From positions 608,001 through 672,000 of the forward strand of contig CAWJIM010000019.1 of the NCBI GenBank assembly GCA_963842945.1: a stretch of DNA of 64,000 nt, read 5' to 3'. A program made the translations under genes and the position numbers. Positions 41,812 through 52,184 of the stretch are shown here, in pieces. This stretch comes from an uncultured Gemmatimonadales bacterium. Its GTDB lineage: Bacteria > Gemmatimonadota > Gemmatimonadetes > Gemmatimonadales > GWC2-71-9. Each line of letters starts with the position of its first letter. Position 1 is the stretch's first letter. The notes below the pieces were generated by a model. The model did no database searches and was not told where the DNA came from. It saw only the letters and a list, made by a program, of their open reading frames with translations.

Positions 41812-43665
41812 CTACGGCTTCGCGCCGAGCGTCAGGGTTCGGCTTACTACGGTGCCGGGGACCTTGGCGGACAGCTCAGGTCGTTGCGATTTCGGGCCGA
41901 GCGTCCATCGAACGCTGGTGTGACCGTCCACATCGCTCAGACCGCGCGTGGGGGTGACGGTACCGCTGCTGGCCTTGAACAACACCGTCTGTCCGGCGAT
42001 GGGATTCCCGTAGCTGTCCGTCACCTGCACCACGAGTGGTTTGGGGAGCGCGCGTCCCGCCTTCCCGCCCACGGGCGGGTCCACGAACGCGAGCTTCACC
42101 GCCTTGCCGGGCCTCGCAACCGCCGTAATCTCCGTCTCGGCGGTGTCGCCCTGCAGTCGCGCCGTCAGCCGCTGCAGGCCGGCGGTCCGGCCCAGGGTCC
42201 AGACGACCTTGGCCCGTCCGGTGGAGTCGGTAGAGAGCTCGTTGTCCGCGGGCCGTCCGGCGGCAGGGAGCAGCCGCAGAACCGCACCCGCTACGGGATT
42301 CCCGTGTCGGTCGATCGCGCGCAGGACGATCGCTTGCGGGAGCGGCTGACCGACGGAGCCCGTCTGCCGATCGCCGGAGACGGGGCGTACCGCCGCGGCT
42401 GGTCCCGGCTCGGCGGCGGCCATCAGGCCGACCGGCGGCATCGTGCGCGCGTTGCCCACCTGCACTCTCGCTCGCTGACGGCCCGCCTTCGTCCCCAGCT
42501 TCCAGGTCGCGCGGGCCTCGCCCAGTGAGTCGGTGCGCATGGCCTGCCCGGTGATTGACTCCGCCGTCGAGCGCGCTCCACCCCACCGGCAGATCGGCCA
42601 GCGCGCGGCCAAGCGAGTCGGTGACCCGCACGACGATCGGCTCACGGCAGCGTATCGCCCACCCGGCCGGCCAGGTCGGAGCTCGCGATCTCCACCCGCG
42701 CGTTGCCCGGCAGGGGGTCCGCCTCGGCGCTCACCGTCGGTGACGCGCTCACGCCCTCGACGGCGATGGACAGCTGTTGCCGTCCGGGCAGCTCGCCCAG
42801 CCGCCACACCGTCTTCACGATCCCGCGCGCATCCGAGGTATCGAACGCCGGCTCGCGCCGACGCGCCGGACGCGGCGGGGTGGAAGCCTGCCACGACGCC
42901 CGCGATGGGCCGCCCGCTGCGGGAGACGATCTGCGCGGTCACCGGCACCGAAAGCTCGGCGCCCGCCGGTCCACGCTGTCCGTCGCCACCAAGCACGGTG
43001 ATGGAGCCGGCCACCGGCGTCACCTCCAGCGGCAGCGACGCCTGCAGCTGACCCGCCATAGCCAGGAACAACGTTCTGCCGGCACTGACCCCAACGGCGT
43101 CGGCACTCTCGACCTTGGCGACTGCCGGGTCCGGTGCCGACCAGGTCACATCCGCGCCGACGATCGGATTGCCCCGCGCGTCCAGCACCCGGGCGCTGAG
43201 CGGACGGCGATCGCCCTCGGGCACCTGAAGCAGGGTGTCGTCCACCTGAAGCGAGGCGGGTCGCTGCAGCACCACGATGTGGGCGCGGGTCTCTACGTTT
43301 CCGACCCGCACCATGATCGCGGTGGCCCCCGCGCCACGGATCGCCACGGTACCCGCCGGACTCACTTCGGCAATGGAGGGATCTCCGCTGGTCCAGGTCG
43401 GAGCGACCCCGGCGAGCACGGTGCCGCCGGAGTCGGTGATCACGGCCGCGAGCTGGATCGTGTCGCCCACGGCGGCGGCGGTGTCCAACGCGGGCGCGAC
43501 GGTCACCGAGTGTGCCCGGGAGGCGGCCGAAGGCATGCCCGGGACCGCGATCCCCGCCGAGCTGGTGTAGCTCAGGATCGAGACCAGCGCGGCTCCGCCG
43601 GAGAGCATCGCAGCGACCCCCTGCGCGACGCCCGTGGTCCAGCGCTGCTGCTTCGGCTTGCCCAA
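41812..43665 (-). CDS. Membrane-anchored Ig-like (Big_2/Big_1) repeat protein; compensating frameshifts
   Basis: TWTSGDPSIAEV, TDSLGEARATWKLG and TDSTGRAKVVWTLG repeats. Confidence 0.8.
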   Translation of the reverse strand: MGKPKQQRWTTGVAQGVAAMLSGGAALVSILSYTSSAGIAVPGMPSAASRAHSVTVAPALDTAAAVGDTIQLAAVITDSGGTVLAGVAPTWTSGDPSIAEVSPAGTVAIRGAGATAIMVRVGNVETRAHIVVLQRPASLQVDDTLLQVPEGDRRPLSARVLDARGNPIVGADVTWSAPDPAVAKVESADAVGVSAGRTLFLAMAGQLQASLPLEVTPVAGSITVLGGDGQRGPAGAELSVPVTAQIVSRSGRPIAGVVAGFHPAASGASARAGVRYLGCARDREDGVAAGRAARTATAVHRRRGRERVTDGERRGGPPAGQRAGGDRELRPGRPGGRYAAVSRSSCGSPTRLAARWPICRWGGARSTAESITGQAMRTDSLGEARATWKLGTKAGRQRARVQVGNARTMPPVGLMAAAEPGPAAAVRPVSGDRQTGSVGQPLPQAIVLRAIDRHGNPVAGAVLRLLPAAGRPADNELSTDSTGRAKVVWTLGRTAGLQRLTARLQGDTAETEITAVARPGKAVKLAFVDPPVGGKAGRALPKPLVVQVTDSYGNPIAGQTVLFKASSGTVTPTRGLSDVDGHTSVRWTLGPKSQRPELSAKVPGTVVSRTLTLGAKP

Positions 43666-43843
43666 CGCGTGCGATCCCAGAGTGCACCCCTGAGGCTCGA
43701 TGTCGCCGACGGCCGGCTGGTTGTGAGGGACGGATCAAGGTTGGGAAGGAGCTTCCTGCGACACAATCCGCAGGAAGCGCACAGTGTCGACTTTCGCGGC
43801 AACGTCCGACGTCGCGGCACTGCAAGGTGTGGCAAGACGACTG

Positions 43844-45499
43844 CTACATCGCGCGGTACTTGGGCCCGCTGCCCCCCTCTCGCGGCGTCCAGCGCGGTCC
43901 GAGCACGTCGGTCGCCTTGCAGTCGATGCAATTCGGCGCATTGACCCGGAGCTCGTCGCCCACGCGCTCGTAGACGCCCGCGGGGCACACGTGGGAGTAG
44001 AGCTCGGCGACCTCCGCGCTCACATCCGGCCCGACCAGCAGGTGCGAGGGGATGGTGTCGCGCGTCGCGTTCCCCGACTTGAACACGGCGTCCAGCTTGC
44101 CGAACGTCAGCTTCCCGTCCGGCGTGAACGGCTCGGCCTCGGTGACCCGCCGCGGAGTGGCGGCATCCTCGGGCATCTCCATGCGCCCGCCGAAGAGCCG
44201 CCCGCCGCTGATCGTCATGAGCCCGGCCTTGAATCCGCCGACGTAGAGCCCGTCCTTGAACGCGAGTCGCATGTTCCGCGTCCGGTACATGTCGGCCACG
44301 ATGTAGCTCTCGTCCACCAGGCGGTCGTACGCCGAGAGCCGGGCGGCGGAGAGGTCGCCTTGCTTGAGCCCGGCGAACGCGGCGCGCGCGGCGTAGATCC
44401 CCGACTGCATGGCGTAGTGGATGCCCTTGAGCGAGGGGACGTCCACGAGCCCGACCGCGTCGCCCACCAGCAGGATGCCGTCGCCGCTCCGGCGCTCGAG
44501 CAGCGCATGGTACCCCCCCTCGGGGATCGTCTTGGCACCCCACTCCAGCAGCTCGCCCCCCTCCAGATAGGGCCGGAAAAGCGGGTGCAGCTTCATTCGC
44601 TGGAGCAGCTCGTGCACGTCGAGCGACGCGTCGTGATAGTCGAGCCCGACCACCAGGCCGAGGGCGATCTGTCCCGGCCCCAGCGGGTACATGAAGCTGC
44701 CGCCGAACGCGTCGTCGGGCAGCGGCCACCCGAGGGTGTGGATCACTGCGTTGAGCGGCTTCGGGGTCTGCCAGACCTCCTTCACGCCGAGCGCGAAGAT
44801 CTGCGGATTGGGCGAGCGGACTTGCTGCCACTCGCACCAGCCCTGGCTCAGCAGCCCCCGCGTTCCCTCGGCGATCACCGTCACCTTGGCGGTGACATCG
44901 GTCGGCTCGCCATAATCGGCCGTCGGCTGGCGATCGCGGTCGAGACCGGACGGGGTGGTGCGGACGCCGCGCACCGCGTCGCCCTCCACCAGCAGCGCGT
45001 CCACCGGAAACCCGGCGAACAGGTTGACGCCCGCCTGCTCCGCCCGCTCGCCCATCCAACGCACGATCTCGCAGATGGATGCCGTGTAGAATCCGGCGTT
45101 GTGCATGGTGGGCGGGGTGGGAATGCGCTGAGCGCGGCCCTCGGTCATGAAGTACACCGCTTCGCCCGCGACGGGCTGGCGGAAGGGGATGTCGCTGGAG
45201 TTGAGGTCGGGAAAGAGCTCGTGGAAGGCGCGCGGGTTCACCACGGCGCCGGAGAGATTGTGCTCGCCCAGCGCACCCGCCTTTTCCAGCACGGCGATGT
45301 TGAGCTCGCCGAGACCGCCGCCCGACTCCGCGTCCTGCTTCGCCAGCCGGGTCAGCTCGATGGCGCAGGCCAGCCCGGCGGGCCCTGCCCCGACGATCAC
45401 GACATCCATCTCGATCGCCTCGGCGCCCGGCGGATCGCGGCGGATGATCTGATCGAGCGGCAGCGGACGCTGGTGTCGGGCGGGGACGATGGTGGACAC
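43844..45499 (-). CDS. ETF:quinone oxidoreductase (FAD domain plus ferredoxin domain)
   Basis: VGAGPAG, LSGAV, KGIHYAM, CPAGVYE and NCIDCKA motifs. Confidence 0.92.
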   Translation of the reverse strand: MSTIVPARHQRPLPLDQIIRRDPPGAEAIEMDVVIVGAGPAGLACAIELTRLAKQDAESGGGLGELNIAVLEKAGALGEHNLSGAVVNPRAFHELFPDLNSSDIPFRQPVAGEAVYFMTEGRAQRIPTPPTMHNAGFYTASICEIVRWMGERAEQAGVNLFAGFPVDALLVEGDAVRGVRTTPSGLDRDRQPTADYGEPTDVTAKVTVIAEGTRGLLSQGWCEWQQVRSPNPQIFALGVKEVWQTPKPLNAVIHTLGWPLPDDAFGGSFMYPLGPGQIALGLVVGLDYHDASLDVHELLQRMKLHPLFRPYLEGGELLEWGAKTIPEGGYHALLERRSGDGILLVGDAVGLVDVPSLKGIHYAMQSGIYAARAAFAGLKQGDLSAARLSAYDRLVDESYIVADMYRTRNMRLAFKDGLYVGGFKAGLMTISGGRLFGGRMEMPEDAATPRRVTEAEPFTPDGKLTFGKLDAVFKSGNATRDTIPSHLLVGPDVSAEVAELYSHVCPAGVYERVGDELRVNAPNCIDCKATDVLGPRWTPREGGSGPKYRAM

Positions 45500-45580
45500 G
45501 TCGGACAACTCCTGGGGAAGGGGTCGGACGTCGAGGCGGCGGAAATATAACCCGCCCATCCGAGGGGCTAAGTTGGTGGC

Positions 45581-46051
45581 ATGGACCTGCACAAGGCGAC
45601 GCGGGACCCCTGGGTCTGGGGACAGCTGGCGCTGTTCGCGCTGGTCGGCCTGGGCGCGCCGCTGCTGCCCCGGTACGCCGGTCTTGGGGAGGCAGGCCCG
45701 AGTCGCATCAGGTGGTTGGGCGCGCCACTGATCGCGGGCGGTCTCGCGCTCGCCATCTGGGGAGTGCGGTCCCTCGGCCGGAGCCTGACGCCCGGCACCG
45801 AGCCGCTGCCGGGAGCGCCGCTGGTCACCTCGGGTGCATACGCCCACGTCAGACACCCGATCTATGCGGGGATCGTGCTCGGACTGACTGGCTACACGCT
45901 GGCGTGGAGCAACTGGACACTGGCGCTGCTGGTGGGGCTGCTGGCGGGGGCCTACTTCAACGGCAAGGCGAAGGCGGAGGAGCGCTGGCTGGTGCGGCGC
46001 TATCCAACGTATGAAGCGTACATGCGGCAGGTGCCGCGGCGAGTGCTGTAG
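45581..46051 (+). CDS. ICMT/PEMT-family membrane methyltransferase
   Basis: LVTSGAYAHVRHPIY and EE..L..RY..YEAY motifs. Confidence 0.88.
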   Translation: MDLHKATRDPWVWGQLALFALVGLGAPLLPRYAGLGEAGPSRIRWLGAPLIAGGLALAIWGVRSLGRSLTPGTEPLPGAPLVTSGAYAHVRHPIYAGIVLGLTGYTLAWSNWTLALLVGLLAGAYFNGKAKAEERWLVRRYPTYEAYMRQVPRRVL

Positions 46052-46054
46052 CCG

Positions 46055-46480
46055 CTAGCCGGGATCGAGGCAGGTGGAGCTCGCCTCCACCACCTTCGGC
46101 GCCGTTCCGGAGGTTACGAACCGGAGCACGATCGGCTCCTCCTCGCAGGTCCGCCCGCCTGGGTATGGGTAGACGAACACCTCCGTCGTATCTCCCCGCC
46201 GCTCACCAGTCCAGGCCTCGATCCGTCCCTTCCAGTTTGTGAGCAGGTCCGGATGACGGCGAGCCGCCGCGAGGGCCCAGCGCACTGGCGACTCGGAGGT
46301 CGAGAGCCGCGTCAGGGTGGCCGAGTCCTGGCGCATGGCCGCTCGGATGTACCGCCGCGCCGGCTCGGTGTACACCGTCCCCGGCCAATCCGCCGAGTAC
46401 GGCTGGAGGACGACCAGCGCAGTGAGAAGAATTCCCAGGAAGACCAGGGTTCCGTAAATCGGCTGCCTGTCGTTCGCCAT
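46055..46480 (-). CDS. Hypothetical membrane-anchored protein
   Basis: GGAGG RBS, N-terminal TM helix, two Cys. Confidence 0.6.
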   Translation of the reverse strand: MANDRQPIYGTLVFLGILLTALVVLQPYSADWPGTVYTEPARRYIRAAMRQDSATLTRLSTSESPVRWALAAARRHPDLLTNWKGRIEAWTGERRGDTTEVFVYPYPGGRTCEEEPIVLRFVTSGTAPKVVEASSTCLDPG

Positions 46481-46541
46481 ACGACCTCCTGGTCCATCTA
46501 CGATGTCATATTGCAGGGTCGCTGTCCAGCCAGGAGCCACC

Positions 46542-48980
46542 ATGTTGCGCGATCTCCGCCACGCCCTGCGAACCCTCGGCCGAGCGCCGGGATACACCAT
46601 CGCCGTCACTCTCACGCTCGCGCTCGGCATCGGGGGCACGACCGCCGTGTACAGCGTGCTGCGCTCAGTCATCCTGCGGCCCTTCACCATGGGCACCCGC
46701 GGACCGGGTCATGATGATCGCCGAGCAGGATTCGGCCGCCAATGTGAGGCCCGCGTCATACCCCACCTTCCAGGACTGGCGAACGGGGACGAACGCGTTC
46801 GCGGCACTCGCCTTCGTGCGCGGCCAGGGCGCGGTGCTGAAGACGGGCGAGACCGCCGAGCGGCTGGTGGGGGCATTCGTCACCGACGAGTACTTCCGCG
46901 TACTCCCCGAGTCCGCGGCCCTGGGCCGCACGCTGGGGCCCTCGGACTTCGCGCCGGGCGCCCCAGCCGTGGCGGCCATCTCGTGGCCGCTCTGGCAGCG
47001 CGGGTTCGGCGGCGACCGGTCGGTCGTCGGCAGGAGCGTCACCCTGGGCGAGCAGAGCTATCACCATCGTGGGCGTCATGCCTCAGAGTTTCGTGTACCC
47101 GGTCTGGGCCGATCTCTGGGCGCCGATCACCGCCATTCTCTCCACCAGCCCCGCCCTCCAACAGCGGGGTCTGCATACCGACAGCCGTGTCGTGGGCCGT
47201 CTCCGTGTCGGACGTCGACTCGGCAGCCGGTGTGCAGGCGCTCTCCGCGGTGGCCGCGCACCTGGCCGAGACGTATCCGGCGGAGAACGGCGGCTGGGGC
47301 CGTGTGGCGTTTCTTCCGGTAGCGGCGGAGATCCTGGGCGGCACGGGGCCGCAGCTGCGCCTGCTCACGGCGGCCGCGATCTTCGTCCTGCTCATCGCCT
47401 GCGTCAACGTCGCCGCCCTCGCGCTGGCCCGGGCCGGGACCCGCTCGCGCGAGCTGGCCATCCGCACGGCGCTGGGCGGGGGCCGAGCCGCGCTGCTTCG
47501 GCTGCTCGCCGCGGAATGTGTCGTTCTCGGGGTCGCGGCCGGCACGCTTGGGCTCGTCGCCGCGGTGCTGCTGGTAGGCTGGCTCCGTGTCGGCGGCAGG
47601 GACCTGCTGCCCCGCGCCGGCGAGCTCGCAGTCGATCCCTGGGCGATGGTCACGGCCGCCGCGCTGTCGGTCGCGCTCGTCGTCGTGCTGGGCGTGGTGC
47701 CGGCGCTCCGTTCTTCTTCCCTTGTCGGCTCGCTCCGCCAAGGCCTCGGCGCGGGAGCCGGGCTCTCGCGTCGCCGGCTGCGCGCGGCGCTCGTCGTGGG
47801 CGAGATCGCGCTGGCGCTGGTCCTGCTCACGGGCGCCGGGCTGCTGTTGCGCAGCCTCGAGCGGCTTCAGCGTGTGCCCACCGGCTTCGACGAGGGGCGC
47901 CTGCTGGCCGTTCCGATCATGCCGCCCTCGTCCCGATACGAGAGCCCGGAGCGGGCGCTGCAGCTCTACCGGGACGTCGCCACGGCCGTGGCGGCCGTGC
48001 CCGGTGTCGAGGCGGTTGCGATGACGAACCACGTCCCGCTCAGTGGCGCCTCGATCAACACGCCGCTCGAGGTAGAAGGCGCCCCCGCTCGCGAGACCGA
48101 CGAGGCGCTCTTTCGGGTGGTAGATACCGCCTACTTCCGGACGGCCGGCATCCCGGTGGTGCGTGGGCGCGAATTCGCCGCCGAGGATCTGATCCACCCG
48201 GGTGCCGCGGCGCTGGTGAACCAGGCGCTCGCCGACCGCTACTGGCCGGGCGGGGACGCGCTCGGCAAGCGGATCACCGTGCGCAAGTCCGCCCAGGGGC
48301 GGCCGGAGTTCGGCGAGCCGGTGCACGCCACGATCGTGGGCGTGGTGGGCAACGTCCGGCACTACTCCCTCGACACGGACTTCGTCCCCGAGGTGTACCT
48401 GCCCTACACCGTCACGGTCTGGGGCTGGATGTCACTCGTCGTCCGCACTGTCGGGGACCCTGCGGCGCTGGTGCCCGCGGTGACCCGGGCCGCCCGATCG
48501 GTGGAGCCCGACCTGCCGCTGGAGGGCGCGACCTTCAGCAACCGGGTGTACGACCTGCCGACTTCGCTTCAGCAGTCGCTGGCCTATCGGCGTTTCATCA
48601 CCGGACTCCTCGGCGCCTTCGCGCTTCCGGCGGTGGTGCTGGCGGCGCTCGGGATCTTCGGGGTCGTCGCCTATCTGGTCACTCAGAGGAGCCGTGAGAT
48701 CGGGATTCGGATGGCGCTTGGCGCCCAGCGGGGAAACGTGCTGGCGCTGGTGCTCGCGGAAGCGATGCGGCTGACAGGGGTCGGGATCCTGCTCGGCACC
48801 CTGGGCGCGATCGCCACCACGCGGTGGCTCAGCTCCGAGCTGTACGAGATCAGCGCCACCGATCCACTCACGTTCGTGCTGGCGGCACTCACCCTGGCCG
48901 GGGTCAGCCTCTGCGCCACAGCGATTCCCGCGCGGCGGGCCACGGCGATCGACCCGGCTCGCACGCTCCAGTCCGAATAA
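46542..48980 (+). CDS. Duplicated MacB/FtsX-type orphan permease (ADOP-like); three compensating frameshifts
   Basis: DLRHALRTL, TLALGIG, LLIACVNVA and REIGIRMALGA motifs. Confidence 0.9.
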   Translation: MLRDLRHALRTLGRAPGYTIAVTLTLALGIGGTTAVYSVLRSVILRPFTMGTRGPGHDDRRAGFGRQCEARVIPHLPGLANGDERVRGTRLRARPGRGAEDGRDRRAAGGGIRHRRVLPRTPRVRGPGPHAGALGLRAGRPSRGGHLVAALAARVRRRPVGRRQERHPGRAELSPSWASCLRVSCTRSGPISGRRSPPFSPPAPPSNSGVCIPTAVSWAVSVSDVDSAAGVQALSAVAAHLAETYPAENGGWGRVAFLPVAAEILGGTGPQLRLLTAAAIFVLLIACVNVAALALARAGTRSRELAIRTALGGGRAALLRLLAAECVVLGVAAGTLGLVAAVLLVGWLRVGGRDLLPRAGELAVDPWAMVTAAALSVALVVVLGVVPALRSSSLVGSLRQGLGAGAGLSRRRLRAALVVGEIALALVLLTGAGLLLRSLERLQRVPTGFDEGRLLAVPIMPPSSRYESPERALQLYRDVATAVAAVPGVEAVAMTNHVPLSGASINTPLEVEGAPARETDEALFRVVDTAYFRTAGIPVVRGREFAAEDLIHPGAAALVNQALADRYWPGGDALGKRITVRKSAQGRPEFGEPVHATIVGVVGNVRHYSLDTDFVPEVYLPYTVTVWGWMSLVVRTVGDPAALVPAVTRAARSVEPDLPLEGATFSNRVYDLPTSLQQSLAYRRFITGLLGAFALPAVVLAALGIFGVVAYLVTQRSREIGIRMALGAQRGNVLALVLAEAMRLTGVGILLGTLGAIATTRWLSSELYEISATDPLTFVLAALTLAGVSLCATAIPARRATAIDPARTLQSE

Positions 48981-48991
48981 CCGATATCGCG

Positions 48992-50272
48992 ATGCCTTTG
49001 CCACCCCCGATTCCCGGCTTCCGCCCCGTCCCGTTCACCGGCGTCATCTTCGTCATGGCCGAGGCCGGGCGTCTCGGCTACCGCTACGGCCATCCCGACT
49101 GGTGCAACCTCGGCCAAGGGCAGCCGGAGACCGGCCCGCTGCCGGGCGCACCACCCCGGGTCCACCAGATCGAGATCGGGGTCGACGACCAGGACTACGC
49201 TCCGGTACCGGGGATCTGGGAGCTGCGGCGCGCGGTGGCGGAGCTGTACAACCGGCTCTATCGCGGCGGGAAAGGCTCCCGCTACACCGAGCGCAACGTC
49301 TGCATCTGCGGCGGCGGGCGCTCGTCGCTCACCCGCGCCGTCGCCGCCCTCGGGCAGGTGAACCTCGGTCATTTTCTCCCCGACTACACCGCGTACGAAG
49401 AGCTGCTCGACATCTTCAAGCTGTTCACCTCGATCCCCATCCTGCTCGACGGCCGGGAGGGCTATCACTTCAGCCCCGAGCACCTCCGCGAGGAGATTAC
49501 CGGACGCGGACTCTCGGCGGTGCTGCTGTCGAACCCCTGCAACCCCACGGGGCGCGTGATCGCCGATGCGGAGCTCCGCGGATGGGTCGAGGTCGCGCGC
49601 GAGCTCGGCTGCTCGCTGCTGGTGGACGAGTTCTACTCGCACTACGTCTGGCGGGAGACGGAGGATGGCGACGGGCTGGTTTCGGCAGCGCGGTACGTGG
49701 ACGACGTGGATGCCGACCCGGTCGTGCTCTTCGACGGCCTGACCAAGAACTGGCGCTACCCCGGCTGGCGCTGCAGCTGGATCGTGGGGCCGCAGCAGGT
49801 CATCGAGGCGGTGTCCAGCAGCGGCTCGTTCCTCGACGGCGGTGGCAGCAAGCCGCTGCAGCGCTCCGCGGTTCAGCTGCTGGAGCCGACGGTGGTCGAG
49901 GCGGAGACCCAGGCCATCCGGGAGTCGTTCCTGCGGAAGCGGGCGCTCATGGGCCAGGCGCTGCGGGAGGCGGGGGTACGGTTCGACCTGGAGCCCGAGG
50001 GGACGTTCTACTGGTGGGGCGACGTCTCCGGTTTGCCGCCGGCGATCAACGACGGGATGTCGTTCTTCCGGGCGGCGCTCGAGCGGAAGGTGATTTGCGT
50101 TCCGGGCGAGTTCTTCGACGTGAATCCGGGCAAGCGGCGCAGCGGCCGGCCGTCACGCTTCCGCCACTACGTGCGGTTCTCGTTCGGGCCCGATGAGGCG
50201 ACCGTGGTGGAAGGCGTGCGGAGAATTCGGGAGATGGTCGCGGAGCTCCCGAGCCTGTCATCCCGAGCGTAG
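48992..50272 (+). CDS. PLP-dependent class I/II aminotransferase
   Basis: NPCNPTG, DEFY and LTKNWRYPGWR motifs. Confidence 0.9.
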   Translation: MPLPPPIPGFRPVPFTGVIFVMAEAGRLGYRYGHPDWCNLGQGQPETGPLPGAPPRVHQIEIGVDDQDYAPVPGIWELRRAVAELYNRLYRGGKGSRYTERNVCICGGGRSSLTRAVAALGQVNLGHFLPDYTAYEELLDIFKLFTSIPILLDGREGYHFSPEHLREEITGRGLSAVLLSNPCNPTGRVIADAELRGWVEVARELGCSLLVDEFYSHYVWRETEDGDGLVSAARYVDDVDADPVVLFDGLTKNWRYPGWRCSWIVGPQQVIEAVSSSGSFLDGGGSKPLQRSAVQLLEPTVVEAETQAIRESFLRKRALMGQALREAGVRFDLEPEGTFYWWGDVSGLPPAINDGMSFFRAALERKVICVPGEFFDVNPGKRRSGRPSRFRHYVRFSFGPDEATVVEGVRRIREMVAELPSLSSRA

Positions 50273-50338
50273 CGAGGGATCTTCTCACCCGGTCTTCGAG
50301 GATCGCCGAGAAGATCCCTCGCTGCGCTCGGGATGACA
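50256..50338. repeat. REP-like palindromic element, copy E
   Basis: TGTCATCCCGAGCGTAGCGAGGGATCTTCTC...GAGAAGATCCCTCGCTGCGCTCGGGATGACA. Confidence 0.9.
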
Positions 50339-50348
50339 GCTAGCGCCG

Positions 50349-51338
50349 CTAATGCCCGCTACGCGCCTTGCGGACCTCTTCGGTCAACCGCGGCACGATC
50401 TCGAACAGGTCACCCACGATCCCGTAGTCCGCGATCTTGAAGATGGGCGCGTCCTTGTCCTTGTTGATCGCGACGATGGTCTTCGACGTGCGCATCCCGG
50501 CCAGGTGCTGGATGGCGCCTGAGATGCCGAGCGCCACGTAGAGATCGGGGCTGACGTTGCGCCCGGTCTGCCCGATCTGATCCGTTGCGGGCCGCCAGCC
50601 GTCGTCGGTGACGGCGCGGGTCGCGCCGACCGCGGCGTTGCCGAACGCGTCGGCCAGCTCTTCCACCAGCTTGAAGTTCTCCGCTGCGCGGAGGCCGCGG
50701 CCGCCGCTCACGATGACCGGCGCCTCACCCAGGTCGAGCCGCGCGCCCGTGCGCTGCGTCGTCTCCGTAACCGACACGCGCGCCGAGGCGGGATCGATGG
50801 CCGGCTTCGCCTGCTCCACCCTCGGCGTGCGCGGCTGCTCCGCGGGGGTGATGGCCCCTGGGCGCAGCGACACCAGCGCCGGCGAGCCCGCGAGCCGCAA
50901 CGTGAGAATCACCTTGCCGGTGTATCCGGGATGCCGGGCGAGCACCGCGTCACCCTGCAGCTCGAAATCGGTGACATCGGACGCCAGGCTCACGCCCAGC
51001 GCCGCCGCGGTGCGCGGGGCCAGGTCGCGGCCCTGGGCCGAGGCCGGGAAGAACGCCGCGCGATAGTCCCCCGCGCGCAGCCGCTCCGCCGCTGTCGCCG
51101 CGAACGCCTCCGGGTTGTACCGCGCGAGCCCCTCGTGCTCCACCACGAAGACCACGTCGGCACCGTAGCGGCCGAGCTCCTCGGCCCTGGCGGCGATCCC
51201 CGGCGCGCCCAGCAGGAGGGCATGCGCCTCGCCTCCTCCCGTGGCGTCGGCCGCGCGGCGCGCGGCGGTCACCGCTTCGAACGCCACCTTGCGGAGATTG
51301 CCGTCCCGCGACTCGGCGAAGGCAAAGGTCGTCGCCAT
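50349..51338 (-). CDS. etfA: Electron transfer flavoprotein alpha subunit
   Basis: [14 protein letters not shown] and [11 protein letters not shown] motifs. Confidence 0.95.
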   Translation of the reverse strand: MATTFAFAESRDGNLRKVAFEAVTAARRAADATGGGEAHALLLGAPGIAARAEELGRYGADVVFVVEHEGLARYNPEAFAATAAERLRAGDYRAAFFPASAQGRDLAPRTAAALGVSLASDVTDFELQGDAVLARHPGYTGKVILTLRLAGSPALVSLRPGAITPAEQPRTPRVEQAKPAIDPASARVSVTETTQRTGARLDLGEAPVIVSGGRGLRAAENFKLVEELADAFGNAAVGATRAVTDDGWRPATDQIGQTGRNVSPDLYVALGISGAIQHLAGMRTSKTIVAINKDKDAPIFKIADYGIVGDLFEIVPRLTEEVRKARSGH

Positions 51339-52090
51339 CAGAGCACCTTCGCTTCCGTGCGGAGCAGCCGCACCAGCTCGGGCACGGCGTCCGCCCCCTC
51401 GCCCACGATCCGACCTCCGCTGCGCTCCGGCGGCAGGGCCATGGACTCGACGGTCAGTCGCACCTCTCCGAGCTGCGCCGGCCGCACGTCGAGCGGCTTC
51501 TTCTTGGCCGCCATGATGCCCTTGAGCGTGGCCAGGCGCGGGCGCGCAATGCCCTCGTCGATCGTGAGCACGGCAGGGAGAGGAAACGAGACCGTCTCGG
51601 AGGCGCCCTCGAGGTCGCGCCCCGCGGTGCCCCGTCCTTCGCCGAGCTCGAGATGGGAGATGGCGGTGACGGCGGGAAGATCGAGCAGGTGCGCCGTCAT
51701 GGCTCCGACGGTGCCGCTGCCGGTGTCGGTCGCCATCCGGCCGAAGAGAATCAGGTCGTACCCGCCGTCCTTGAGCTCCGCCGCCAGCGCGGCCGCGACG
51801 GCTGACCCGTCGAAGGGCACCTCGTCCGCCTTGAGCTGGACCGCTCGGGTGGCGCCCATGGCGAGCGCCTTTCGGAGGGTCTCCTGCACCCCGTCGGGGC
51901 CGAGGCTGATCGCCACGACCTCACCGCTTCCCGCCTTTTCCACCAGCTGCAGCGCGACTTCGAGGGCGTAGCCGTCGAAGTCACTGATTTCGTACTTGAG
52001 CCCACCCGGATCCAGCGACTTGCGGTCGCCCGCGATGGAGAACCTGAGCTCCATCTCCGGCACCCGCTTGAGACACACCGCGATCTTCAA
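51338..52090 (-). CDS. etfB: Electron transfer flavoprotein beta subunit
   Basis: VCLKRVP, ALAMGA and GIMAAKKKP motifs. Confidence 0.93.
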   Translation of the reverse strand: MKIAVCLKRVPEMELRFSIAGDRKSLDPGGLKYEISDFDGYALEVALQLVEKAGSGEVVAISLGPDGVQETLRKALAMGATRAVQLKADEVPFDGSAVAAALAAELKDGGYDLILFGRMATDTGSGTVGAMTAHLLDLPAVTAISHLELGEGRGTAGRDLEGASETVSFPLPAVLTIDEGIARPRLATLKGIMAAKKKPLDVRPAQLGEVRLTVESMALPPERSGGRIVGEGADAVPELVRLLRTEAKVL

Positions 52091-52161
52091 CGCACGCTCC
52101 CGGCCTCGGTTCTTCGGCTGCCCTGCAAACTGGCGGCAAAGCTAGTCGCGGGCCGCTCTCT

Positions 52162-52177
52162 TGTCACCCTGAACGAA
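52162..52177. repeat. Truncated REP-like element, copy F (left arm only)
   Basis: TGTCACCCTGAACGAA is identical to the start of copies B, D and G. Confidence 0.7.
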
Positions 52178-52184
52178 CAGCCGC

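Noticed and set aside
46542..48980. ABC permease without an ATPase as a novelty
   Set aside because: Orphan duplicated permeases of this type are a known family.
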